Shown: one piece after another, positions 25,682-37,859 of the stretch
How positions within the stretch are numbered: the first letter of the stretch is position 1
How the letters are laid out: each line of letters opens with the position of its first letter
Source: Ostrea edulis
Lineage: Eukaryota
DNA length: 64,000 nucleotides
NCBI RefSeq assembly: GCF_947568905.1
Contig: NC_079164.1
Location: 109,306,001 to 109,370,000 of the forward strand
Direction of reading: 5' to 3'
Position numbers and translations under genes: made by a program
Notes under the pieces: generated by a model
The model's input: the letters and a program-made list of their open reading frames with translations, nothing else
Database searches by the model: none
Told to the model about the DNA's origin: nothing

Positions 25682-27010
25682 TCAAAGAGAGAGTGTAGGG
25701 ATGCTATAGCGTTTCAAGGCATTAAAGTTCCAGCGACCTAATTGTTGGATATAATTCTCCGAGTACCCTTTTTGTGCTGCATATGTTGTTGCCCCAATGC
25801 GAAAACTTTGACCTTTGTATAGTGCAGGATTGAGACCCACATACTTAATGATGTTTGAAAGCTCTTTGGAAACATAATTGTATGTAATTGGAGAACCATC
25901 TCTATATTGAAAAAGTGGACCAGATGTATGACCTGAATGCGACAGATAACGGTGTAATGTTTTGACGGGGCAATGGTCCAGTTCGGAGGAGCTCTCTACA
26001 CAAATTGTGACAGGCTTATTCATTTTTTGGGTTTTGAAATAGCGCAATACTAATTGCACTCTAGAGGGAGTTGAGCCATTGTATTGAAACTCTACATCTT
26101 GAAGGTGAATGACTTTATCTGATGTGATGCCTTGTTTCACTGTGACCTCACCAAGTCTAAGCAAAGCATGAAAACAGAGAAAAGGGCTTCTAACATGATA
26201 CAATAATCCAAAACAGAAATGGTATGGGGTATAGCCTTGATAATCTGAAGCAAGGTATCTCTGGTAATTGGCAGGCGTGAATCCACTGTGGGAGACAACC
26301 TGTGACAACCCCTAAGTATCTTTTTCACAATAAACATCTGTGTAGGGTGCGGTAATGCAAGTATCTTGTGTACCATAGCCTATGGCAGAAATATGGGAAG
26401 AAATTGTACTTGCACTAAAATGGGATGCATGCTAGTGGGCTATAAAGTTGCATATGTCAACCACACGCAAGGGTAAAGCTCCCTGACCTTGAAATGTTTG
26501 CAGGAGTTGCCATGATCGCCGGTACGCTAATTGAGTTGATGATGCCAAGGATGCAGATAAAAGTGTCCCTGCCCCATGTGCTAAATGTGTAAAAGAGAGT
26601 ATGGAATGGGTGTCTGACATTCCTCCAGATGCGGTGCTAGCTGCCGAGCTGCCCTGAAATACTGCGTCAAGGATGGTGTTGACATTGTCACTTGAAATGG
26701 CTTGGTTGGAAGTGGTGGGTATGTCCTCACAAGTCCCATCCATTTGGTGCAGTGAATTGGGAGGCGTCTGTTCTGGGGGAACGTTTGCATTTTGGGCCCG
26801 TGCCTGCTCCTGGACGATGTGTCTCGCCAGTTTTTTGTAGTCTATGGTGGGTGTCAACTCTGCAGGCTCTTGTTCCGCAGACGGGTTGTGTGGTGCTACA
26901 CTGTGACGGCTGGACTTCTTTGGAGCGGGCCGGGGTGAAGCTGGTCGCTTCCTTGAAGTGGCTTTGCCCTTTGTCATGTTTGCTAAAACAAAAATAACCA
27001 CAGTAAATCT
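25682..27010 (-). pseudogene. Internally deleted DIRS/Ngaro-type retroelement: gag N-terminus joined to a decayed tyrosine recombinase
   Basis: YR motifs LRLGEV, YFKTQK, CPVKTL, PLFQ, G(Q)SFRIGAT, LGRW..ALKRY; N-terminal SAM-like segment LLSASLASSTQLAYRRSW; gag-like IDYKKLA..IVQEQ upstream. RT/RNase H absent except the tail ARQLAPHL..PIP. Several stops and frameshifts. Confidence 0.8.
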
Positions 27011-27691
27011 GGGCATCAAGGAAAAAGGGGCATGTTTATATATTCTCCTTTGAATCCACAGATCATCAAACTCTGAATCTTTGAGAAAAGCTCATAGGCT
27101 AAGAGTGTTGAGATTTTGAATAGCACAGTCATCATTATTAGAACAGTTGATCCAAAACCTCAAAGAATTACATTCGAAATTTTGTTATTTGGCACAAACA
27201 CACGAGTATGACACTAGGGTTCTTTCGAGTTGCTTACTCGCACAGGCTTATTGTAACTGCAAGGCTCTGAGGTGTTGCTCATCTTGACTGTTAAGTACAA
27301 TTGAGTTATTGTATGGCACAAACACACGAGTATAGCAGGATTCTTTCAAGTTGCTGACTGGTACAGGTGTGTTGCTGATTGATGAAGTCTTGAGCATACT
27401 GCTAGGTACAGAAGTGTTGCCGACGGGTACTGGAACATTTGAACCGCAGGACTCTGGCAATTAATTACTGCTGGGTTCTACATTCTTGCATTTTCAAAGA
27501 TTGCTGGTTTGAGGTTATTATTACTTCTTGTTTTTGGCTTGAATTTCTGTTGAATAAAGATAAAAATATAAAAAATGTCAGCAAACTTTTCTAAATATAT
27601 TTGGTTTAAAACCTAACTATACGTTCTTATGCAGAAAAAAATGCAAAGAATGCATTGTCTATCTAGATACATTTGTTTACATCATCTAACA

Positions 27692-28266
27692 TCGAAGTCA
27701 GTGAGAAAAGCGTTCTCTGTGTCACAACTCATCCACACTTTGATACCTCTCTTAATTGGTTTGGCTTGCAAATACTGCTTGAATGATAAGTCTTCCAGTC
27801 CATTTAATCATGGCCTCATCAATGGCCAATTTTCCATTTGGTTTGTAGTTATTGTTGAAATTTCTTCTTGCCATTGTAATGACTTCTCTCACTTTGTAGA
27901 GTTTGTCAAAATTCCTGGCTCTCCTAGCTGGTTCATTTGCCCTGTCACTTACATGCAAATACTCGGTAATTTTTTCATACCTTCGAACAGTCATGATGGA
28001 TTTTGTTCCTTCATTACCAAGAAATAAATCTTTAGACCGGTAGTCTTTGTAGGATGGCAGCTGATTGATCCCCATTACGATGTTCAACCCGAGGTAGGCC
28101 TTCATTTCTTCCTCCATGATGTCATACCATACTCGGTCTTCTTCACCTTTCTGTTGCATTTTCCACCATGCATAATTGTTAGTGTGTTGCACAAAGTCAT
28201 TAATGATCTCAGGACTGAATATTAGATCAAAATAATCCTTTGCTGTAAAAACGTCTGACTGTACTG
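27692..28266 (-). pseudogene. piggyBac transposase internal fragment, related to the 10.4-kb element
   Basis: DVFTAKDYFD...EEEMKAYLGLNIVMGINQLPSYKDY...FDKLYKVREV...AIDEAMIKWTGR...FLTDFDV; both ends truncated. Confidence 0.9.
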
Positions 28267-28664
28267 AGAGAGAGCTGTTTCAGCGTTTGCTTATTCAACC
28301 TGTTAATATCAAAGTATATGCATAGATTTTTGAGGGTCAAATTTTCATGTTTTAAGCTATATGAGTTTGATTTATACCATCCTTTTCGTCTCGAAAAGAC
28401 AAAAAAGAATATGTAGTTAAAATAAATGTAGGATGGATAATGAAAATGTTACGCCCCAACCCTTCTATAATTTGAATTGCTAGTCCCAAGGGGTAGAACA
28501 TTAAAAAAAATCGATAATTTTTAAGCCCGGAAAAATTCTTAGTTCGTAAGTCACTTTTTACAACGTTTGTCATTTTTACACTTTTTGGGTTTGGTCGAGT
28601 CGTTGGTCGAGTCGTTTTTTACACTTTTCCAGTACTTAGAATAGTCCGAACTATCTACAGTAGA

Positions 28665-29330
28665 AAAGACTCACTCTATATACAGGGGACTCACTCTACA
28701 GACTCACTCTATAGACAGTCTACAGGAAACTCAATCTATATTCAGACTACAGGGGACTCTCTCTATATATACACTACAGGGGACTCACTCTATACACAGA
28801 CTACAGGGGTCTCGCTCTCTATATACAGACTACAGGGCACTCACTCTCTATAGACATACTACAGGGGACTCTCTCTATATACAAACTACAAAGGACTCAC
28901 TCCATATACAGACTACAGGGCACTCGATCTATATACAGACTACAGGGGACTCACTCTATATATAGAGCGAGTCCCCACTCTACATACAGACTACAGGGGA
29001 TTCACTCTATAGACAGTCTACAGGAAACTCACTCTATATACAGACTACAGGGGACTCGCTCTATATACAGACTACAGGGGACTCACTCTATACACAGACT
29101 ACAGGGGACTCACTCTCTATATACAGACTACAGGGCACTCACTCTCTATAGACAGACTACAGGGGACTCTCTCTATATACAAACTACAAAGGACTCACTC
29201 CATATACAGACTACAGGGGACTCACTCTATATACAGACTACAGGGTACTCACTCTATATATAGACTACAGGGGACTCACTTTATAGACAGTCTACAGGAA
29301 ACTCACTCTATATACATACTATTACATTGA
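28665..29330 (+). repeat. ~27-bp minisatellite (CTACAGGGGACTCACTCTATATACAGA) with ~298-bp higher-order duplication
   Basis: Variant ATAGACAGTCTACAGGAAACTC at 28711, 29009 and 29283; variant ACAAACTACAAAGGACTCACTCC at ~28881 and ~29179. Confidence 0.92.
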
Positions 29331-29514
29331 AGATAAATTTCTAATGGTATCTACTTCTGTATTGAGTATTTATATTGTCAGTTTCAAATAAAACATCACA
29401 AGTAAATCGGATTTTCTCAATGTTTTTATCTATATTATTATATACTGGATTTGTAAAATAAATTTAAAAAACGGAGCGGACCATTTCCGCCCGCGATAAA
29501 CACTCCCCCTCGCC

Positions 29515-29817
29515 CTAGTTGGTAATGATTTGTACATCTTGTCCAAACAGTTCACGCCGCAGGTCTTTAATAGTGTGGGCTTTCATTAGAGCATAGTTGT
29601 GGTACATGCTGGCGATATCCTCTAAAACCGCAGTTCGCAGTTTTATGTTGTACCTTAATGAACGACGGTTTCCCATGTTGTATCTCATCTGCAAGCTACG
29701 CAGTATTCTGTTCAGGTGTACTATCTGCCTGCAGGCTATTTCGAAACGTCGCTCGCACTCCACCAGGTACTGTACTTGGTTGTCTAAGGTATTCCTGTAG
29801 GGACTCGTCGCACTCAT
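29515..29817 (-). CDS. Orphan 100-aa, probably helical/coiled-coil protein
   Basis: Clean ATG-to-stop ORF with natural composition (MSATSPYRNTLDNQVQYLVECERRFEIACRQIVHLN...LRYNIKLRTAVLE..MYHNYA). It resembles small hypothetical bivalve proteins (recall only). Confidence 0.55.
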   Translation of the reverse strand: MSATSPYRNTLDNQVQYLVECERRFEIACRQIVHLNRILRSLQMRYNMGNRRSLRYNIKLRTAVLEDIASMYHNYALMKAHTIKDLRRELFGQDVQIITN

Positions 29818-29969
29818 CTTGGTACCTGTAATTTAACAACAGCACTAGTGGTATAGTTCAGATTTGTAATGTCCTTGTCTATTACGTAATATATGATATG
29901 AAATATAAGTTACACATTATATGATATCGGAACTTATCTGTAACCTGCAGATATATTTATGTATACTAC

Positions 29970-30574
29970 ATAAGTTCGTTTGGTTAGCAATCAGAGCCCA
30001 CATCTCATTTTTAAATAGCATGTTAAAAAAATCTATAGGTTCAGGATTCTCTGTAATCGGTGTGTTTAGCCCTGGCGTCTCTGTAAATGGAGCGCAAGAC
30101 GGCATTGAATCATAACAAGTCCAACCAAACTCTTCATCTTCGCGAACATTTATATCCTTCACTGATTGATCAAAGTCTATTTCTCTAACGACTTCAATAA
30201 TATTTGATATATTTTCAGGCCCGAACCCTTCAAAGTCGCTCTCATCACCGGAATCTTGTAATAATTGCATTAAGTCATCATCAATGTCCGATTCATTTTC
30301 ACTTCCCGCCATGATTGTGTGTCATTCTCTTTTTGTCACTTCGTCTAAGTTATTTTTCTGTTTAACATTTATATAAAAGTTTTCATTATTTCAAGCGCAA
30401 GAACGACCTGATTCATATATCTATAGGTTAAGGATAATTGCTGAGTTGTTCAGAACATCTAGCAATTGCAGTGCAATGCTTTATTTACGTCTATACAAAA
30501 ACGACATATGCCGCGATCAGCAGCAATGGACAAAAAAGTCAGTGCGGCTTAAGCCGCGAATAGCGTAGTAAGGG
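29970..30574 (-). mobile_element. piggyBac 5' remnant (terminus plus transposase N-terminus)
   Basis: TTAA 30575-30578 + CCCTTAC terminus; ORF MAGSENESD...SDFEGF...PFTETPGL...PIDFFNMLF...ANQTN, truncated at ~29970. Confidence 0.88.
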
Positions 30575-30719
30575 TTAAGTTATATTCTGGCCCAACCAAT
30601 GAAAGGTGAAGATAACCAAGCAATATAAATTATCATTGGCATAAAAAATAACCGGTTGATTATGGAAAGCCGTAGGGTACCCCCACATTATTATTATTTT
30701 TCCCTATATAAAATACCGA

Positions 30720-31326
30720 AATTATAATCTCTTCCTTTCTGAAAAAGCGATGTTTCTAGGTTGTCTTAGATCTCGCCACCTTGCATCATATTCATCATCC
30801 TCATTTTCACTCTCAGCATCCGAAGATAACGGAGACAAACTAGGTGAAGACACTAGTGATAAAGAAATGTCACTTTCAATATTTTGTTCTGCGTCATCTT
30901 CATTATTTTCGTTAACAAAGTTAAAGAAAGCGAAGAGTCGCCATCACTTGAATCCACCATTTTGATAACTGATGTGTAAAGAGATCAGTGGAAAACTCTC
31001 AACTATTTTTGCTTGGCTTTTAATAATACTTTGCTAAATATAGACAGAAACCCCTGAATGATGTAATCTAATGTAATGTCTCACTGATTTTCAATGGCTG
31101 TTGACATCTGACATCATGTTTTTAAAATACAGACCAATCAGCCATTATTTTACGTCGGAAGTATGAAGCACATTTATGCGACATCAAGTATACAAACATG
31201 GCAAAGTCCAACATATCCTTGCATTATCAGGGATACTATGGTGCTAACTGTGAGCGCTTATCAGCAACGCTGGGGATACTAGCAATAAAAATTAAGTGTA
31301 TATGTGCGTCTGCAGTAGGGAAAGAG
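30720..31326 (-). mobile_element. piggyBac 5' remnant related to the 25158 terminus
   Basis: TTAA 31327-31330 + CTCTTTCCCTACTGCAGACG; frameshifted acidic N-terminus (NENNEDD...ESDISLS...SDAESENEDDEYDARWRDLRQPRNIAFSE). Confidence 0.75.
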
Positions 31327-31870
31327 TTAAAAGTATAGGGCTTAAATAAATTAGGATATTTCTGAGTGCTAGGATGCTGTTGATTTACAAATATCTTCAG
31401 AATAATCTTGACAATGAAATCAAGCTTGCATGACTTGAGTCTCCATTTTGGTTTTATTCTGTGTGAAATAGATGCTTATAATTCCATGAGAAGGCTTAGC
31501 AGTGTCAAACGTTCTGCTGCTTTTATTTAATAAAGCTGATTTTGAAAGCAAAATGAGTGGATGTGAAAATACCAGGTTTTTCTGTTTTTGTTTTTTTTTT
31601 GAAATCGGAAGAAAATGAGTAAAATGAAAAATTCTATTTCTTTCGCCTTGTATGTAAATATTGTACTGAATAGAAATTGGCTGCACATGTAGTTTTCAGA
31701 GTGAATAATTTTAAAACCCATATCAGTTTTAGTATTATTTTATACCTTTTTCTATGTATTGTTGTTTGTTTTTATTGTTTTACATGTAAGGCCAATTCAA
31801 TTTACTTTGTAGATTATCATGCAGGGTCACCAAAAAGTATTGCACGGGTGGGAGGATTTTATTTTTTAAT

Positions 31871-32574
31871 TTTTATACGCCCGTCTTTAGACGGGACTCC
31901 CGTATTATGGTACAGCGATGTCTATGTCCGTCCGTTCGGGGTTTTCTCTTTATAATTTCATTTCCCTTTCACATATTATGCTGAAACTTGCTGTGTAGCT
32001 TCTTTGTTGGTCACTCTAGATCATACTGTAATTTTGATCCATTTCGACCTTTTTTCCAGGAGTTTTGCCCCTTTATTTGGAAATAATTATTATATGGAGG
32101 GTACATAATTTGCCCGCCCTACTCCTCCCACAGTTTTCAAATGAGAGCCTTCTTATTTTGTGGAGTGTTTGTATGGGTATTGAAGATGTGCATGTGGGAT
32201 GGATTTTGATTTTCTACAATTTTTGAGAAAATTACAGGTTGTTGGACTTGTCTATTTGGAAATTAATATTCTATGGAGGGTACGTAATCTGTCCGCCCAA
32301 CTCTTAGCTCCCACAGTTTTCAAGTGAGGACCATCTTATTTTGTGGAGTGTTTTTATGGGTATTGAAGTTGTGCATCTGGGGAAGGATTTTGATATTCTT
32401 CCATTTTTGAAAAAAATTACAGTTTGTTGAACTTGGTCCATTTTTAGGAAATCTTAGATTTTTAAGCTAAGACCCTTTGTTCATATGAAAGTTTGTCACA
32501 TCCTCATGATGGCTGATACTACCTGAAGCAAGCATTTCACAGGCATATTATGTATCGTTTGCGTTACTCTTGTT
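31871..32574 (+). mobile_element. Helentron-like (HINE) element with two ~180-bp internal repeats
   Basis: 5' TTTTATACGCCCGTC...GACGGG; internal units GGGTAC..AAT.TG.CCGCCC at ~32099 and ~32278; decayed 3' end. Confidence 0.65.
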
Positions 32575-32689
32575 ATTTTCTGAGAAAAATATTAATGACA
32601 AACTAGTTTTTGTCAACAGAAGTGCATCATTTAATGCCAGATCGATAGATATCAATCTGTGGTTATTTCACAGACGAATTCCAGGTTAA

Positions 32690-34979
32690 CTCATTCGGCC
32701 CCAAGCACCCTTATCTACACAGTGCCTCAGCAGCTGTTATCAGCTTGTGCCCCAGACAGATTTTGGGAGAGATGCTAAGTGATGTTGATAATATGCACAT
32801 GCTTTATATTTACCTTTGTATCTCCTTAATTATTCCACTGATCACTTTGAAATTTTCACAACATAGAAAACAAAATTTTCAATCCATTGATATAATTTTA
32901 TAGGAAACAATAATTATTTATATTTGTAATAAGTCCTTGTAAATATAAATTACTGCTTGAAATTAGTTTATTGTCAGAGATCTGAGGACATTTCAGGGAA
33001 TTTTGACACATGATATGGCTTGAAACACTTCCCACATAGGTTCACATTGCATTGTTCACAACCATAGCCTGGTTCTGATCTAATTTTTTTAGTTGCACAA
33101 TGTTTACAAGTTTTTTTCTTCATCACAGTTGGCCAATGGGTCTCGTTAGGTTGGACTGGTATCTGCACATCTGATTGTCTCTTTCTCTTGGACATAAATG
33201 CTCCAAGCATCTGATGTGCCAACTTCATTCTAAATTCCATTTAGGTCCTCTGTCTAGTTCTGTTGGTTTTTGTTTTTAGGGAATGTTGGTGAGATTCTTT
33301 CATAAGGAGGTAGGAATTTACAATGGCAACGTCGAATAGAAAGAAAAATAAATATTTCAACCATTTTAGTGCTTTCCTCACTGTGTTGTAAGCAGATCTG
33401 AGCTGATCTGTATGATCGACATCATTCATGTACTGATTGTACAATTTCACAGCCTTAGGACAGGGTACATTCTTGGTGGAGCCATCCTTCTGCTTTCTAT
33501 TCACTGACGTATCTTCACCATTTGTATGAAGAATTGTTATATTCTTTTTGTCTTGCCAAACATTTACACGCATACTTCCTTTTTGTTTTGTAACATTTCT
33601 TCCTTGCTCCTTCAACTCGGTTGTTCCTATGTCCTTTGGGAGGCCTTTCCTATTGGCCCTCACTGTGCCGCAAGCATAGGTATCCTCACGCCACAGCTGT
33701 AGGAACAGATCCGGGGATGTGAAGAAACTGTCACAATATATGTGGTGTCCAAGTCCTATTATTGGTCTTGCAAGGTCTAACACAACACGAGAGCCCAGGT
33801 CCTTCTCTGCAACATTATTATGACGTCCAGTGTGAACCTGGAAGTCATTTATATATCCATTGAAAAGGTCGGCTTTGACCCACACTTTGATACCCCTCTT
33901 TGTAGGTTTGAGAGGCACGTACTGCTTGAACCCCAGTCTTCCTGAGAATCCTATCATCGCCTCATCTATGGAAACTTCTTTGTGTGGATGATACTCTTGT
34001 TTGAAATTTGTTCTCAGGAGCTCCAGTAAAGGTCTGACGTGAGCCAACTTATCGTGGGCAGGATCCTCTTGGGCTGGATTTGAGGTTGTGTCTGCAACAT
34101 GAAAGTATCTTTGTAATGTCTCAAATCTAGTCCTGGTGAATTTTCCTTCTATGCAGGATGGGTGGAATAACTTGTCCTTGTACCAATACATAACTTGTGC
34201 AGGAGCTGGTAAAATACCCATGACAATTGCCACCCCCAAGTATGCTTTTATTTCTTCTCCATTTGTTGGATACCAGGCTGGATTGGGATTCACATTAATG
34301 ACTCTCTCGGCATATGCATTTGTCTGTTGCGCTATTTCTTCATAATAATTTGATGGAAAAAACAAGTGAAAAAAATCCATTTCTGTTTTTGAAGACTCCA
34401 TTACCGTTGTTGGGCCTTGGATTGGTCCAGTGAAATCTTTAATATTTATTTGACGTAAATTGCTAGCGGTTGGTCACCTTCATCCTCGGATTCATCAGAC
34501 ACATTGGCAAAGTCCGACTCATCGTCTGATATATCGGACAAACTAATATCAGATTCAAGTTCCCTCATAATCTGTAGTTGTTTCCTGACATTTCTTTCTT
34601 CTGCTACTGTACATTCTTCTACAGTAAATCCCTCAAATTCGCCATCACTATCTATCGAGTCAAATATATCCGCCTTGTTTGTTTTCAAAACCCACGCTTG
34701 AATGAAACTATATACTTTTGTTTCTCATTGTCTCTAATGTTATGAATATATATTAGGTAAAAGTTGACAAAGACTTAAACAACCATTCTGATTGGTTGTA
34801 TCATTATTGTTCAGCACAAAATGAGACATTTTCAGCCAATCAGAGGCCTTTTCTCAACCCTATGTCAGCACCTTCAGTAGACGTGATCGGCCAGAGAGAG
34901 CATTGTAAACACTACGTTTCCAGACGTTACTGGCCAAACAATGTACGATATTTAGACCGCCTGATTGGGGCCGAATGAG
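32690..34979 (-). mobile_element. Full-length decayed piggyBac (2290 bp) with perfect 15-bp TIRs
   Basis: TTAA 32686-32689 and 34980-34983; TIR CTCATTCGGCCCCAA. Transposase ~34680-32974: SIDEAMI / YCDSFF / NDVDHTDQ; CRD CKHC...CEQC..LC.KCFKPYH. One frameshift near 34420, a stop at 33241-33243, and no ATG at the start (AAACAAGGCGG). Confidence 0.95.
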
Positions 34980-35729
34980 TTAAGCTTTAATTTCAAACAC
35001 AGAAAGATACCAAACTTCTTCATGATGAAGAACATTAATCCCTTCCTTTCATATACGCCCGTAAGAAATTGAGAAAACCATATGATCTATTTTTTTTCAC
35101 GTTACAATACCGGAAATGTATAAAAAGAAGTGTAAATACTGGAGTCGGGCATGAAAATTTTTCTGGAAATCGCAACTTCTGCAAAATAAAAAACTTCCGG
35201 GTGGGCTGATTAGTGAGGGGCGGGTGGGGATGATAATCTTGAATTGGCCTAAATCACTTTAGGGTAATTTTCTTAATTAGATAAAGTGCTATATAAATGT
35301 ATACTGATAATCATAATTTTAAATGTATAGAGAGGGGAAAAAAGAAAGAAGAAAAAGTGCAAGAAAAAAATATTTAAAAAAAAAAAAAATGAAATGAAAA
35401 GGAAGACCAAAAAAAAAGAAAAAAAAAAGAGTGAATGTTGGTGTTCATCAGTGAAGTGATTGTGTATAAATGTTCATACAGCCATACTTTGATGTGAATT
35501 CATGTTGGTTGGATTGTTTAAAATGTGAATTGAAAATAACTGTCAGTGGCTTTTTATGTGTTTGTAAAAAGATGCAGATTTTTGAACGAGATGTTTTTCT
35601 GTAAAACAATAAATTGTATTTTCTAGCTTTCAATTAACTAATGATGGATGTCATGATTAGTTAACATTTAATATGGATTTAATAATTTCATGTGTACTTG
35701 GAAAATTGATTTAGAAAGCCTTTTTGTGT

Positions 35730-37250
35730 GCTTTTTATTTGCTTTCTTCAGTTTGTTGAAATGGGGGTTTACACTCTGGTATTCCATTTCAGGGAGTTGA
35801 ATTGGGCTCATATAAAGTGTACAAACTGGAATATACACCATACTTCTGTAGAATGTTAAAACAAAATGATGTGAAATTTTAGTGCTGGATTAACTTTCCG
35901 TGAATAGACAACTATTGTTCAGTGGTTGCTTTCTGTTTTAGTAAATTGACTTTTGTCAGTTTAATAGGAGAAAAAGCAAAGCATGTTGGATTAATATGTT
36001 GTCATTTGTTTATGTTATGGAAATTCCAAAGTTAAATTGAATTTTGGTTGAAAATTGTAGTGATGGTACATGTTTATATTTTCTGAAATGAATTGGACTA
36101 CAAGGAAAAGATGTTCATATGTTTGAAGATAAAGACTTTGTAAATGAAATTTGTCAAAGTTTGGAAAGATAATGCCGTGGTTCGAAGATCTGCTCTATGC
36201 CAGATGGTTGGATGAACAGTGCTGTATCTCCGTTTCTTAAGTTATTTATTTACATAATGGGAATAATCATTAAATGGAGATCATCACCATGTTCTTTCTC
36301 ATTAACTTCAAACTGTCACCATATTCCTACTGAACCAGATTAGACAGAAATCCAGCTATATCATGAACACTTGTATGCACTGTCCTTCATTTTAAATGAT
36401 GATTAGGATGGAGTGAAGAAGACATTTTAAGTGATGATTAGGATGGAATGAAGAGGACATTTTAAGTGATGATTAGAATGGAGTGAAGAAGACATTTTAA
36501 GTGATGATTAGGATGGAGTGAAGAAGACATTTTAAGTGATGATTATAATGGAGTGAAGAAGACAGAAGAACAGTGAACATTGTCACTTAAACATCATTGT
36601 GAAAAACAGATTAACTTGTGTGTAGAAAAGAAACCATTTAATTTGTGTCTGCCATTTGAGTGCCTATCTCTCCTTATCGTGGAATCTTGATGTCCATTTT
36701 GCTGCTGTGGGAACATTCGGTGCATTAAATTGGACTGCAGTAGCCCTTTTTGGTTCCAAGTAACTTTAAGTAACTGCCAATTTGCGTGCTGTCATAGAGG
36801 GTACAGAACGGGGGCAGCTAGTTTCTCTAATATACTCCATGCCCTGCTATACCACAATGTGCAACACGTTTGCATTGTGTGGACAGAGAAAATTTGTTCG
36901 ATCTGAAACATATTTCTTGAAAAACTAGACTTCCATTTTAAAATTTAAATCTACCAAAGATCTGGAGTGCTACATATTTCATGAAATGTGAATATGATGG
37001 AAGGAAAGTGTTGCACAAATGTCGATCAGCAAATGTTAAAAAATCGGTGCCATCATATCCAAAGTATGCTGTGAAAATTGGTTATTTTTGCCAGTTTGCC
37101 ATCATAATATTACTATTAATAATATTGTTTATATTGTTTAAACTTTTTAAAAAAGTTTTTAATTTCTGTATACAGGTATTTTATTTATAATCTTTGTTGA
37201 ATGTAAAAAAAATTCATTTCTGAAAATACATGAGGCTATGATATGCAGCC
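35730..37250 (+). repeat. Segmental duplication, copy 2 of 19640-21450
   Basis: Same colinear blocks; contains 5 copies of the 35-bp minisatellite (36390-36564) versus 6 in copy 1. Confidence 0.85.
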
Positions 37251-37859
37251 TTCATGTCTGCACACTTTGTTTTAAGCTTTTTAAAATCTTCTTTTAGTAT
37301 TCTGGTTATGTTCATTGCATTCAGAAATCTGTCTCTACTTTGAAAGCAAAGCAATTTGTATAAGCATATAAAAAGAAGTAATACCCGTTTTTGAAATTCA
37401 TGCTACCTTCGTATCAGTCGGGGCCATAACGCCAACAAGTGATTTCCAAAAATAACTCAAATGAGTTATTTTTTTGGTCACAATGAGTTTTTAGTTTTGA
37501 TAATTAACAGAGAAACAAATAATAAAAGAAGTAACGAATCGCAACAAAGTCTGAAAACAACATCTGTGTCCACACCCCTTCAACAAATTTGTAAAAAAAA
37601 TTCTAGAACCAAGGTTCTCCAAAACAGGGTATTTGATTTTCCCTTTAATTTCGCTTTCAAAGATGAAGAATTCTTTTTCTTCAAGCTTATTACAAATGCT
37701 TCCCAGCTTTGTCATGCTTCTTGAAAAAGCAAACCCAATATCCAATTGGGCTTTTTAGATGATTGGACGGTCTGAAAGAGAAATCATTCAACCCAACTTA
37801 ACTGGTAACCATGTGTTAACTAATATTATTTAATTAAAGTAAATGTTTATTTACTTTGT

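Larger units (their letters stand above)
28267..29870. mobile_element. Inserted segment, possibly a Maverick/Polinton terminal region
   Basis: Begins AGAGAGAG exactly where the piggyBac frame breaks; Polinton termini are short AG/AGT repeats (established). Contains a minisatellite and an orphan ORF. No pPolB, integrase or capsid present, so the family call is inference. Confidence 0.4.
31790..35249. mobile_element. Zator-type MITE shell (GGCC termini, TAA TSD) containing nested insertions
   Basis: TAA|GGCCAATTCAA...GATTATCAT at 31787-31820 and ATGATAATCTTGAATTGGCC|TAA at ~35230-35252. That the two ends form one element is inferred. Confidence 0.55.

Noticed and set aside
25682-26308. Phage/bacterial integrase or horizontal transfer
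   Set aside because: The SFRIGAT/LGRW motifs and the adjacent gag-like and RNase H-tail segments fit eukaryotic DIRS-type retroelements.
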